Virus record (IMG/VR): IMGVR_UViG_3300017917_000321
Location: 25,087-89,086 of that record
Origin: a virus
DNA: 64,000 nt
Strand: one strand, 5' to 3'
Shown here: piece by piece, positions 10,869 through 20,574 of the stretch
How positions within the stretch are numbered: position 1 is the stretch's first letter
Layout: each line of letters starts with the position of its first letter
Position numbers and translations under genes: made by a program
The notes under the pieces: model-generated
What the model was told of the DNA's origin: nothing
Databases searched by the model: none
Seen by the model: only the letters and a program-made list of their open reading frames with translations

Positions 10869-11730
10869 TTCTCGCTACCCTATAGTAGCAGCATTAATGA
10901 ATCAGGTGTCTGAGGAGACCCTAGCTATTGCAATAAGCAAGGCTGGGGGATTCCCTAGCATTAGCGGTTATTGTTATGATTCAGACAATGGTATTATTAA
11001 TGCTTTACACTGCTTTGTTGATGCAACAGGCAGCTCCGATCTCATTTTAGGTGTAGACGAACGATCTTTACTTAACGAAAAGCTAGTTAATACTATAAAA
11101 GATTTACAGATCTCTCATCTATTAAGATATGAAAATGAAGACCCTGCAATATCTGATACTGTTAGAAAAGAATGGCGCGGTATAACTGATAAACTTCTTA
11201 ACGAATTGTCCTGTCGAAGAATACAACTAAGGGATAATTTTAATGAAATTAAAGTTAGAAATGCGATCTATTTTATAAAAGGCAATGACGGCGCTGGCCG
11301 CCCTGGAGCAGCTTCAACTAGAGAGCTGTTTGACTATCACAGAGAAAAAACACCCGAAGCATTACTAGTACCTACGGGAGGCATAGGAACTGCTGCACAG
11401 GTCAAGTACTATTTAGAATCAGGTGCAGTAGCAGTTGGATGCGGTACGATTTTTGCAGCGGCTGAAGAAAGCGTATTAAGCCAGCAAACAAAAGAACGTA
11501 TTATAGCATCGACTAACAAGGATCTTTCTAGGGTTGACCCTAGATTAAACCAACTCGGGCTAGTCTTTAACAAGCTATCATTAGATAATCTCAATAATAC
11601 AGCTTCTTTAAAAGAGGGCATAAAGTCTTCAAAAAACGGATTAATTTTTGCAGGACATGCAGTAGAGCATATTAATAGTATAGAACCTGTAAACGTAATT
11701 TTACACAGGCTAATGAACTATTCTAGATAA
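10792..11730 (+). CDS. Nitronate monooxygenase/FabK-like FMN-dependent TIM barrel (start uncertain)
   Basis: YPIVAALMNQVS..LAIAISKAGG; GAGRPG; TGGIGT..GAVAVGCGTIFAAAEES. Confidence 0.75.
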   Translation: MCFIMYTNESGIDLPGAKQQNRSLFNSRYPIVAALMNQVSEETLAIAISKAGGFPSISGYCYDSDNGIINALHCFVDATGSSDLILGVDERSLLNEKLVNTIKDLQISHLLRYENEDPAISDTVRKEWRGITDKLLNELSCRRIQLRDNFNEIKVRNAIYFIKGNDGAGRPGAASTRELFDYHREKTPEALLVPTGGIGTAAQVKYYLESGAVAVGCGTIFAAAEESVLSQQTKERIIASTNKDLSRVDPRLNQLGLVFNKLSLDNLNNTASLKEGIKSSKNGLIFAGHAVEHINSIEPVNVILHRLMNYSR

Positions 11731-11733
11731 ATA
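11727..11733 (+). promoter_or_regulatory. ATAAATA late-promoter-like motif
   Basis: Overlaps the upstream stop codon, about 30 nt before the AAGGA-RBS gene at 11765. Confidence 0.5.
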
Positions 11734-11764
11734 TTAGAACAACAGTATTTTAAAGGATACAATC

Positions 11765-12037
11765 ATGAGTTTCAGAATACAAACTAAAAAAGAAAGACTA
11801 AGCCCAGATGTGCCTTGGTATCAGTTTTCAGCGGCATATAGAACAGCTATTACACAGCACAACGGCTCAATTTCTATAGAGGAACCCGATAATCTTACAA
11901 CTGTAACAACATTGACTTTTGCTGACGAAGCTGCATACAATGCATTTGTAGCAGACCCGGTAGTTGTTAAAGAGTTTGCAGATCACGCAGCATACAACAA
12001 TTTTGCTAAAATTGAAAAGAAATCAAGAGAACTCTAA
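11765..12037 (+). CDS. Small protein, possible EthD/Dabb-like alpha-beta barrel, with an internal duplication
   Basis: TLTFADEAAYNAFVADP; repeat FADEAAYNAF / FADHAAYNNF; own RBS. Confidence 0.6.
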   Translation: MSFRIQTKKERLSPDVPWYQFSAAYRTAITQHNGSISIEEPDNLTTVTTLTFADEAAYNAFVADPVVVKEFADHAAYNNFAKIEKKSREL

Positions 12038-12043
12038 GGTTGA

Positions 12044-13234
12044 ATGCTAGAAAAGTTCATCTATGTAGAACAGACTAAGAATCAGTTGCCTCTAATGGCA
12101 ACTGATTTTTATTATATAAACCCTTTGATGTTACTGCATACATCAGAGCATAGAAATGAAATATTATCTAGTCTAGACAAAGATCTTAAATCGGATATAC
12201 TTTTTGGTGTACACTTTTTAGGACCAGTGTATCCAAGATTCAATAGAGAAAACTATTTCTACAAAGTTTCTCAAAATCCAATATATAGCTTTTTACCAAA
12301 TCTACAGATTAAAAGAAAGCTAGACTTTTCATCTATAACTGATTCTAGGGCTTTAGAATTAGAGTCTAAGTTAGATAGATTTAAAAATGTATATCTATTT
12401 TGGAGCGGCGGGATAGATTCTACTGTAATACTCGTTTCTATACTAAAGAATTGGCAAAAGCAAAGTTTAGAAAAATTAATAGTTGTTCTAAATTCTTATA
12501 GTATAGAAGAAAATCAACAGATGTATGAACAGTTCATACATAACAAAATATCTACAGTATCAACTGATAAATTCTTTTCGGGAGAAGTAAATTTTTCTCA
12601 CGACAATCTTTATGTAGACGGAAATGCTGCTGACACACTTTCTGCTACTATAATGTTTTATGAATTTGAAAAACGTTTCCCAAACTATTACCTAAAGCCA
12701 TGGAAGCAGAACATTGACATTCTAATTAAATTTTTTAGTGAGTATGAGGATGTCAACTATGGTCAATATATGTATAAAAAAGTAGTAAGGTCTTTAATAT
12801 ACAATAAGTTTGAAGTCGAGACTATTTTTGATTTTCTTTGGTGGATGGGCTTTAATTGGATACACGATAGAAATCTACACTGTGTATTATGGCAGTATAC
12901 TCCGTGCTTTTTTGCAGATCCTAATATAAGTGTAAAACGGTTCCTTGAAGAAAATATGTTTCAGTGGTTCAACAGCAATGATTATCAGGACTGGAGAGTT
13001 GCTGCTGTAGGAACAGATGAAATTATAGGAAATACTGTAGCTGAACATAAATTGGCATTTAAAAAATACATATTTGAATTTAATAGAGATAGTGATTATT
13101 TCCTCTATAAAGATAAAGTAGCATCAACACCTAAAAACGAAACCAAAAGCAGCCATATTATCTTGTGCGGCATTGACACAGACTATAATTACTATTATAG
13201 ACATGCTCATGAGAAGATATGGCCGCCTAAATGA
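12044..13234 (+). CDS. PP-loop ATPase (asparagine synthase C-terminal-like)
   Basis: LFWSGGIDST; DGNAADTL resembles the GEGADE motif; HKLAFKKYI. Confidence 0.7.
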   Translation: MLEKFIYVEQTKNQLPLMATDFYYINPLMLLHTSEHRNEILSSLDKDLKSDILFGVHFLGPVYPRFNRENYFYKVSQNPIYSFLPNLQIKRKLDFSSITDSRALELESKLDRFKNVYLFWSGGIDSTVILVSILKNWQKQSLEKLIVVLNSYSIEENQQMYEQFIHNKISTVSTDKFFSGEVNFSHDNLYVDGNAADTLSATIMFYEFEKRFPNYYLKPWKQNIDILIKFFSEYEDVNYGQYMYKKVVRSLIYNKFEVETIFDFLWWMGFNWIHDRNLHCVLWQYTPCFFADPNISVKRFLEENMFQWFNSNDYQDWRVAAVGTDEIIGNTVAEHKLAFKKYIFEFNRDSDYFLYKDKVASTPKNETKSSHIILCGIDTDYNYYYRHAHEKIWPPK

Positions 13235-14433
13235 TTATCTTAAAACGTCCTCCTGGCGATTCTTTTACTTTTCGATTGTTCGTTGAATTAACTTCAAAAG
13301 TAAAACGCCCTAAAGATTCAATATACATATGGTCAGCTGCAATAGACCCGCATTACACGGGTTGGTCAGCTGCAATAGATCCTGTATACATTGGTCAGCG
13401 TCCTGACGAAAATGGTTATCAACACGAAACTGAGTTGTATTATAGAAGTCAGTTAACTAACGCAATTAAATCAGATCTAGTAATATTAGGAATTAAAGAT
13501 CATTTAACATCCGGAGATTTTAATTTTTGGAATAACAAATTGCCCACTATAGTTGAATATGTTTCAACTATGGTAGATTTTTACAGTGATAAGAAGTTTA
13601 TAATTTTAACCTCTGTAGAAAATTTAGAAAAGTATCTAGTAAACCCGAATGTTAAAATTGTACCCTGGGGAGGGGACATAACAAATCATCAACGGGAATA
13701 TCAAAAACTAGAACCTGTATTAGCTAAAAATCTCAACAGCTCGTATACTTTTTTAAGTCTTAATAGAAACAAACGAGCTCATCGAGCTATGTTAGTATCA
13801 TATCTATATGCTTTAAACATACAAGACAGTGGTTTGATATCCTGTATGTTTAAAGATAAAATTGACGATCTATTTTCTTACACCAACTGGACAGTATCTC
13901 GTCCTGAATTATATGTAGAAGGGTTTCAAAAATTTAAATCTTCTACACTGTTGCTCAATGATGATTTTCAAATCTATGACAATTATAACAATGACAACGT
14001 TTCTAATTTTAGAAACAAATTAAGTAACTATTACAGAGATACATTTGTAGAAATCATATCCGAAACAAGCTACACTGAATACTGTTTTAATCTCACAGAA
14101 AAAACATTAAACAGTGTCTATGGAGCATCATTCCCTATTTTATTATGCAGCAAAGGCAGTCTTCAATTTTTAAGAAATATGGGTTTGGATGTATTTGATG
14201 ACATTATTGATCACAGCTACGACACTATTGACGATCCTGCTGTACGATTAGAAACGGCCATAAACAATAATTTAGAATTACTAACCAATAATGCTAGGAC
14301 CAAACAACTGTGGATTCAAAATATTGATAGGTTTAAAAATAACATTGACTTTTGTCAAAAAAGAATGTATAATTACTACAATTCAAGATCTATAGATCTA
14401 TTTGATGAGATAATTAATGACCCAAACTTTTAA
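13231..14433 (+). CDS. Glycosyltransferase-like protein (GT10-like)
   Basis: FLSLNRNKRAHR, FVEIISET, NLTEKTL, FDDIIDHSYD; paralog of 2261..3499. Confidence 0.55.
   Translation: MIILKRPPGDSFTFRLFVELTSKVKRPKDSIYIWSAAIDPHYTGWSAAIDPVYIGQRPDENGYQHETELYYRSQLTNAIKSDLVILGIKDHLTSGDFNFWNNKLPTIVEYVSTMVDFYSDKKFIILTSVENLEKYLVNPNVKIVPWGGDITNHQREYQKLEPVLAKNLNSSYTFLSLNRNKRAHRAMLVSYLYALNIQDSGLISCMFKDKIDDLFSYTNWTVSRPELYVEGFQKFKSSTLLLNDDFQIYDNYNNDNVSNFRNKLSNYYRDTFVEIISETSYTEYCFNLTEKTLNSVYGASFPILLCSKGSLQFLRNMGLDVFDDIIDHSYDTIDDPAVRLETAINNNLELLTNNARTKQLWIQNIDRFKNNIDFCQKRMYNYYNSRSIDLFDEIINDPNF
13330..13395 (+). repeat. In-frame 33-bp tandem duplication
   Basis: tggtcagctgcaataga(c/t)cc at 13330 and 13363; encodes WSAAIDPHYTG WSAAIDPVYIG. 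Confidence 0.85.
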
Positions 14434-15034
14434 AACTGATGATTCTTTTTTTACAGTAGTAATGCCTACAAGATGTCCTATAAGATTCTGGGATGTTTTC
14501 AAATGGGTAGAAGAAGATGCTAATGCTAAATTTAGATTCATACGAGATTTTGAAATAGAACAAGGCCGTCTACCTTTAAGAGAAGTTGAAGAAATTTATC
14601 CAGGCGTTAAAACGATTGGCATAGTAGTTAATCCTTGGGCTAGGGCTGCGTGGTCTTATGCTATGTCTATAGATCCGCCTGAAGGATATCCAGGTGTTGA
14701 GCAGATACAAAAACAATTTGAAGGATTAGATTTTTCTTCGTTTGATACGTACATATCTAGTATACTACATTGTACCTCAATATCAAATAAGTATCATCCA
14801 ACTGTAACACAATCTTCTTGGTTAACGCACGGCGAGAAAAATGTAGATTTTTTACTAAGAGCAGAAACTGTAAATCAAGATTTTAAACAGATACAAGATT
14901 ATTTTTGTACAGATAGGTCATTAGGAGTAGAAGATTTTAATTTTGATTATAGACCATACTATTCGGAAATCAGTAAAGGAATAATTGAACAAATTTTTAT
15001 TGAAGATATAAATCGTTATGGATACACCTTTTAA
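14417..15034 (+). CDS. Sulfotransferase family 2-like protein with degenerate PAPS-binding motifs
   Basis: VVNPWARAAWSY, VDFLLRAETVNQDF, YRPYY..EDINRYGYTF; the usual HIPKTGGTS is replaced by VMPTRCPIR. Confidence 0.6.
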   Translation: MTQTFKTDDSFFTVVMPTRCPIRFWDVFKWVEEDANAKFRFIRDFEIEQGRLPLREVEEIYPGVKTIGIVVNPWARAAWSYAMSIDPPEGYPGVEQIQKQFEGLDFSSFDTYISSILHCTSISNKYHPTVTQSSWLTHGEKNVDFLLRAETVNQDFKQIQDYFCTDRSLGVEDFNFDYRPYYSEISKGIIEQIFIEDINRYGYTF

Positions 15035-15044
15035 GGATTGATAT

Positions 15045-15728
15045 ATGTATGACATAGTATTCATAAGTTATAATGAACCTAATGCAGAGTCTAATTGGAA
15101 ATTGCTCAAAGATAAATTTCCAATGGCTAAAAGAATAGATGGAGTTAAGGGCATACATCAAGCACACATAGCCGCAGCAAAAAAATGTTTTACTAAAATG
15201 TTTTGGGTAGTTGATGCTGACGCACAAATACTACCATCTTTTATCTTTGATTACGAACCTAACGAATGGGACTTAGAAACAGTTCACGTATGGCGCAGTA
15301 AAAATCCAGTTAACGACTTAGAATATGGCTACGGAGGTGTAAAATTATTACCTAGGCTACTAACTTTAGAAGTTGATGTTTCTCAGACTGACATGACCAC
15401 TAGTATTTCGAAAAACTTTAAAGCTATGTCAGATGTTTCAAATATTACAGCATTTAATACTGATCCGTTTAATACTTGGAGAAGTGCGTTTAGAGAATGT
15501 GTTAAACTGTCAAGTAAAATTATAAGAGAACAAAACAACGAGGAAACAGACCAACGTCTCTATGCGTGGTGCAATAAAGGTATTGACAGACCATTTGGAG
15601 ATTATTCTATTCACGGTGCTAACATTGGCCGTGCTTATGGTACTAAAAACATTAATAATCCAAATGAACTAAAGAAGATAAACGATTTTGATTGGTTGTA
15701 TGAGCAATTTTCAGAATATACCGTTTGA
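15045..15728 (+). CDS. GT-A fold glycosyltransferase-like protein
   Basis: MYDIVFISYNEPNAE, VVDADA (DxD), YGYGGVKL, WRSAFRE; paralog of 1344..2264. Confidence 0.65.
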   Translation: MYDIVFISYNEPNAESNWKLLKDKFPMAKRIDGVKGIHQAHIAAAKKCFTKMFWVVDADAQILPSFIFDYEPNEWDLETVHVWRSKNPVNDLEYGYGGVKLLPRLLTLEVDVSQTDMTTSISKNFKAMSDVSNITAFNTDPFNTWRSAFRECVKLSSKIIREQNNEETDQRLYAWCNKGIDRPFGDYSIHGANIGRAYGTKNINNPNELKKINDFDWLYEQFSEYTV

Positions 15729-16698
15729 TAAGATTGTACACTTTGGACAAAAGACGCTCTTAGAGCGTCGTTTGTTTACTGTCTCTTGGATACTGGCTAG
15801 ATTCTGTAATTATAATTGTTCGTATTGCTGGCCTTATGCTCGTAGTGATACACCTGATCATCGCAGTTTTGAAACTTATACCAAGACTATTGATGAGATA
15901 AAGCGTCAAGCTAGAGAAAATGGTTTTACTGATTTTCATTTTAGTTTCAGCGGTGGCGAACCGACTGCGTATAAACAGTTTGGTGAACTTATAGAGCATT
16001 ATGCAAGCGACCAAGAGCCGGCATATCAGAGCATACACATGACAACTAATCTAAGTCCTGGCAGCAAATGGTGGGACAAGTGGTTAACAGTTACTGATCA
16101 TCTACAGCGTCGTAGTATTACTGCAAGTTTCCATGCTGAATTTGCTAAGGAACAGGAATTTGGAGACAAGTGTCTTCAATTAATTAATAACGGAGTTCTT
16201 CTCACAGTTAATCAGGTAATGGTTCCTGAGCGATTTGACGAATACTATGATAGATGCAAGCGATTGTTTGATAGGGGCATTAACGTAACATTAAAACCTC
16301 AGAGTGATCCCACTGCTAGTTTTGTTGTCAGCGGTTATACACAAGAACAGTTAAACATACTTCAAACAGGATTTCCTCAACACATCGATGGAGAGGAACA
16401 GACTCAAATAGAACTAACAGACGATCAAGGTAATAAGTACTACATGGATCAAGCTGAGCGTTTTAATGCTTTTGGGTTTAATAAGTTTAAGGGATGGTTG
16501 TGTAACAGCGGCTATCAAAGTTGTATTATTAGAGAACCGGACGGCGAAGTAAAACGCAGTTATAGTTGCAGGGATGAGCCTTTAGGTACAATAGATACAG
16601 GGTTTAAATTATTTAAAACTCCTATCCCTTGCAAAACAGAAACATGTGTATCGAGTGCAGACAGTAAAATTCCTAAGATGAAAATATGTACAAATTAG
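15700..16698 (+). CDS. Radical SAM protein with C-terminal twitch/SPASM-like domain
   Basis: Start MSNFQN; CNYNCSYC; FSGGEP; C-terminal WLCNSG..SC..PC..C. Confidence 0.9.
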   Translation: MSNFQNIPFDKIVHFGQKTLLERRLFTVSWILARFCNYNCSYCWPYARSDTPDHRSFETYTKTIDEIKRQARENGFTDFHFSFSGGEPTAYKQFGELIEHYASDQEPAYQSIHMTTNLSPGSKWWDKWLTVTDHLQRRSITASFHAEFAKEQEFGDKCLQLINNGVLLTVNQVMVPERFDEYYDRCKRLFDRGINVTLKPQSDPTASFVVSGYTQEQLNILQTGFPQHIDGEEQTQIELTDDQGNKYYMDQAERFNAFGFNKFKGWLCNSGYQSCIIREPDGEVKRSYSCRDEPLGTIDTGFKLFKTPIPCKTETCVSSADSKIPKMKICTN

Positions 16699-17672
16699 AA
16701 GATATAAAATCAATTCATTTAGAAGTGACATCAAAGTGTCAGGCTAGATGTCCTATGTGTCCACGTAGAATACATGGAGGACCTCTCTTAACAGGTTTAG
16801 AACTTGAAGAAATTGATTTAGATACATTTAAAAAATGGTTCAGTGATGACTTTATTTGTCAGCTAGGTCACTTAATGATGTGTGGAAATCTAGGAGATCC
16901 TATTATTGCTAAAGATACACTGGCGATTTTTCAACATTTAAGATCCGTTAACCCTAATATCATACTTCACATGCACACTAACGGAAGTGCTAGATCAAAA
17001 GACTGGTGGGAAAAACTTGCAGAAGCAGGTGTTGAGGTTACATTTGGTATTGATGGAATGGAAGATACGCACAGTCTCTATAGAATAGATACCGACTGGA
17101 ATAAAATTATAGAAAACGCAAAGGCATTCATTGCGGCCGGCGGATCGGCTCAGTGGCACATGTTAGTATTCGAACACAATGAGCATCAAGTACATCTTTG
17201 CCAACAGGTCAGCAGAGCATTAGGATTTAAATCATTCTCATCTAAGCACACTACTAGATTTAAACAAGGAAAGTTTGATGCTGTAGATGAAAATTATAAA
17301 GTAACACATACTCTTTATCCATCAAAGAAAAGCGTTGAAATGATTGTTCCTGCAAAGATAGCACAAGAAGAATCTTTGCCAACTATAACTTGTAAAGCAA
17401 AAGAAGAAAATCAGTTATATGTTAGTGCTACAGGATATGTAACGCCCTGTTGTTGGTTAGATTTAGAATGGTTGCCAGATTTTAGTGATTCTAAAATTGA
17501 TTATAAGATTAAAATTAATCAGTCCCCTAACCTGCATAATATGTCATTTAAAGAAATCTTTGACAGCAATTATTTTAATAAAATTCAGGGATGTTGGACT
17601 AACTCGGGTTTAAGAGAATGCTCTAAGCAGTGTGGTAGTTTTGATAAGTTGAAAGAACAGTTTGAAAGATGA
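16686..17672 (+). CDS. Radical SAM/SPASM protein
   Basis: CQARCPMC; CGNLGDP; HTNGS; C-terminal ITC..PCC..CSKQC. Confidence 0.9.
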   Translation: MYKLEDIKSIHLEVTSKCQARCPMCPRRIHGGPLLTGLELEEIDLDTFKKWFSDDFICQLGHLMMCGNLGDPIIAKDTLAIFQHLRSVNPNIILHMHTNGSARSKDWWEKLAEAGVEVTFGIDGMEDTHSLYRIDTDWNKIIENAKAFIAAGGSAQWHMLVFEHNEHQVHLCQQVSRALGFKSFSSKHTTRFKQGKFDAVDENYKVTHTLYPSKKSVEMIVPAKIAQEESLPTITCKAKEENQLYVSATGYVTPCCWLDLEWLPDFSDSKIDYKIKINQSPNLHNMSFKEIFDSNYFNKIQGCWTNSGLRECSKQCGSFDKLKEQFER

Positions 17673-18271
17673 AAGTAGATATACAAGATGTTTTATTTTG
17701 GATGGACGCTATCCGTAATAGCGAGGATCGGTATCGCACCTTAGAAAGTTTCTGGAAGGGGCAAGTTAACAGTAAAATTTGGTTAATTGAAAACTTATCT
17801 AAGTTTGTTATGACTAATACTAATAATACTATAATAATTCATGGCGGATGGAACGGTGTTCTAGCTAGCTTACTCTTTAATAGTGACATTGGCATTAAAC
17901 ACATCACTAGTTTAGACATTGATCCAACGTGTGAGCAAATAGCATGTACTGTAAACAAGCGTCAAGAGATCGAAGGAAGATTTAATGCTGTAACTGCTGA
18001 TATGTCAGATTATGAATATAATGCTGACATTGTAATCAACACTAGTTGTGAACATATTACCCACGGAGCATATCTTAGATGGTTAGATCTGGTTCCTAAG
18101 AGTTCTTTAATTGTAATTCAAAGTAACAATTATTCTGAATTAGAAGAACATATTAATTGTGCTACTAATCTTAATGATTTTATTAAACAATCTAAATTAA
18201 ATGTGTTGTTCTCTGCAGAATTAAAATTACCTAAATACGACAGGTATATGATTATTGGGAATAAGAAATGA
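17669..18271 (+). CDS. Class I SAM-dependent methyltransferase-like protein
   Basis: IIHGGWNG motif I, SLDID, TADM, VINTSCEH. Confidence 0.7.
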   Translation: MKVDIQDVLFWMDAIRNSEDRYRTLESFWKGQVNSKIWLIENLSKFVMTNTNNTIIIHGGWNGVLASLLFNSDIGIKHITSLDIDPTCEQIACTVNKRQEIEGRFNAVTADMSDYEYNADIVINTSCEHITHGAYLRWLDLVPKSSLIVIQSNNYSELEEHINCATNLNDFIKQSKLNVLFSAELKLPKYDRYMIIGNKK

Positions 18272-19563
18272 GCAAAACATTTTGCCCATTACCGTGGATA
18301 CATCTTGCAACACGACCCAACGGTGATGTGCGAGTTTGCTGTACTGCTAATGCTAGCGGCGCTGGAATAGTAGATAGTAAAGAAGAAGGTTTGGTTAAAC
18401 AAGATGGCATAACAATGAACCTTCGTGATCATACCATTGAAGAAGTATGGAATTCTCAGCAGATGAAGTATACTAGACTTCAGATGTTGCGAGGAGAGAT
18501 TCCCGAAAGCTGCAAGAAATGCTTTGTAGAAGAATCGAACGGTATTGACAGCAAACGAATATGGGAAACAAAAGTATGGCAAGAGAGATTAGATCTTGAA
18601 AGCATAGTTGAACAAACTAAAGCTGACGGGAGTCTTCCTGTTAACATTCCTTATTTTGATCTTAGATTAGGAAATCTATGCCAACTAAAATGTATAATGT
18701 GCAGTCCTCATGATAGTAGTTCGTGGATAAAGGATTGGAAGATACAATATCCGAAGTACAAAAATATAGAACTAAAGAAAGACCAAACTTGGAGTTTAGA
18801 CTTTGATTATACTTGGTATAAGAAAGGTTCTTTCTTAGAATCAATGAAAGCACAAGCCAGCTCCATTAAAGAATTATATTTTGCAGGTGGTGAACCTTTA
18901 TTAATACCTGAACATTATAACATTTTAGAGTTTATGGTTAACAGTGGTAATGCAAGACACTGTGTATTAAGATATAATTCAAACGGCTTAGAAATTTCTG
19001 AAAGATTGCTGTACTTGTGGAATCAATTTAAACAGGTCAAATTTAATTTTAGTGTAGATGCGTATGGAGATAAGAATGATTATATTCGTTATCCATCTAA
19101 GTGGAAAGACATCGAAACAAATTTACGTCTATTAGACAACACAGGTGATAATGTAGTAGTTAACCTGGCATGTGCAGTACAAGCTCTTAATGTATTATAT
19201 ATTGATGAATTAGCCGGGTGGAAATTGAATAACGGTTTTAAAAAAATCAATCTAGCACCCTACGGTGCAGGAATTATAGGACTTCATTTAGTCTATCTAC
19301 CTAGTTATTTAAATATTCGTGTGTTGCCAATGGAATTAAAACAGATGGCAGCAGATAGAATAACACGTTTTATAAAGACAATTAATACAGACGAATTTTC
19401 AAATAACTCGTATGGTCGTCAACGGTGGGAAGGTATTATTAAGTATATGATGGAAGAAGATTGGTCTAACAAGTTACCGTCTCTTGTTGAATACTTAAAT
19501 GTAACTGATGCAAATAGAGGCACAGATTTTAGAAAAACTTTTGTAGAGTTGGGTAGATTATGA
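18268..19563 (+). CDS. Radical SAM protein with N-terminal twitch domain
   Basis: FCPLPW..VCC..CKKC; CQLKCIMC; FAGGEP; close paralog of 3503..4771 (shared RLGN.C..PHDSS). Confidence 0.9.
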   Translation: MSKTFCPLPWIHLATRPNGDVRVCCTANASGAGIVDSKEEGLVKQDGITMNLRDHTIEEVWNSQQMKYTRLQMLRGEIPESCKKCFVEESNGIDSKRIWETKVWQERLDLESIVEQTKADGSLPVNIPYFDLRLGNLCQLKCIMCSPHDSSSWIKDWKIQYPKYKNIELKKDQTWSLDFDYTWYKKGSFLESMKAQASSIKELYFAGGEPLLIPEHYNILEFMVNSGNARHCVLRYNSNGLEISERLLYLWNQFKQVKFNFSVDAYGDKNDYIRYPSKWKDIETNLRLLDNTGDNVVVNLACAVQALNVLYIDELAGWKLNNGFKKINLAPYGAGIIGLHLVYLPSYLNIRVLPMELKQMAADRITRFIKTINTDEFSNNSYGRQRWEGIIKYMMEEDWSNKLPSLVEYLNVTDANRGTDFRKTFVELGRL

Positions 19564-20546
19564 AAATAATTAAGATCGATTCTAATGTTTCAAAAGATCG
19601 CTTAAGAATTGAATTATTTTTAAGCAATGTTTGTAATTACAAGTGTTGGTATTGCTTTCCTGGTAGTAACACAGGAACGCATCCGTGGCCTGATTTAGAT
19701 CTAATAAAAGAAAATCTCAGCCACGTTATTGAATATTATAAGACCAACTTAAATAAAAAACAGATTTATCTACACATCATCGGCGGCGAACCAACGCTCT
19801 GGAAAAACTTTGGAGAATTTGTAAAATTCTTTAAAGAAACACACAACTGTTTAATTAGCATATCAACAAACGGTTCTAGAACCTTAAGATGGTGGAATGA
19901 ATATGGACATTATATAGATCAAGTAATGTTAAGTTGCCACCATGAATACGTGGATACAGCACACACAATTGAAGTAGCATCTATTCTATACAAAAAAAGG
20001 ATTGACCTAGTGGCGTTAGTACTGATGGATCCTTCTGCATGGGACAAGTGCGTAGAAATTATTCAGCAGCTAGAAACCAGCAAGTATAAATGGCCTATAG
20101 CTGCAATGGAAGTTCATCACGAAACACTGAAATACACTGAAGATCAAAAAGAATTTCTAAAAAATTATAAAAGTCCTAGATCAAATCTTTGGTATAAAAT
20201 ACGCAGTTCTAAAATAACTCATCCGCTACCCACAGTTACATTTGAAGATGGTAGTAAAAAACAAGTAGACCAAAATTATTTGTCTCTTAATAACCTTAAT
20301 AAGTTTTATGGCTGGGAATGTAACTTAGGTATTGACACACTGTATATTGAAAAAAGCGGATACATGCAGGGAGCGTGTGGACAACCTTTATATAATTTAG
20401 ATTTTAAGTATAATATTTTTGATACAGACTTCAAGGAAAAATTCTCACCAGCTATTGTGCCTGTTATCTGTAAGAAAACAGGGTCGTGCGGATGTCAACC
20501 TGAAACGAATGCCAGAAAACAAAACGTTCTAGCATTAAAAAGATAA
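19560..20546 (+). CDS. Radical SAM protein with C-terminal twitch-like domain
   Basis: CNYKCWYC; IGGEPT; STNGSR; WECNLG..AC..C..CGC. Confidence 0.9.
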   Translation: MKIIKIDSNVSKDRLRIELFLSNVCNYKCWYCFPGSNTGTHPWPDLDLIKENLSHVIEYYKTNLNKKQIYLHIIGGEPTLWKNFGEFVKFFKETHNCLISISTNGSRTLRWWNEYGHYIDQVMLSCHHEYVDTAHTIEVASILYKKRIDLVALVLMDPSAWDKCVEIIQQLETSKYKWPIAAMEVHHETLKYTEDQKEFLKNYKSPRSNLWYKIRSSKITHPLPTVTFEDGSKKQVDQNYLSLNNLNKFYGWECNLGIDTLYIEKSGYMQGACGQPLYNLDFKYNIFDTDFKEKFSPAIVPVICKKTGSCGCQPETNARKQNVLALKR

Positions 20547-20574
20547 TATACAACACGAATAGAAGGAAACCGCA

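Noticed and set aside
9281-13234. PP-loop proteins as QueC for the deazaguanine pathway
   Set aside because: They share only SGGxDS, lack the QueC C-terminal Cys/Zn motif, are much longer, and lie over 30 kb away in a different transcription unit
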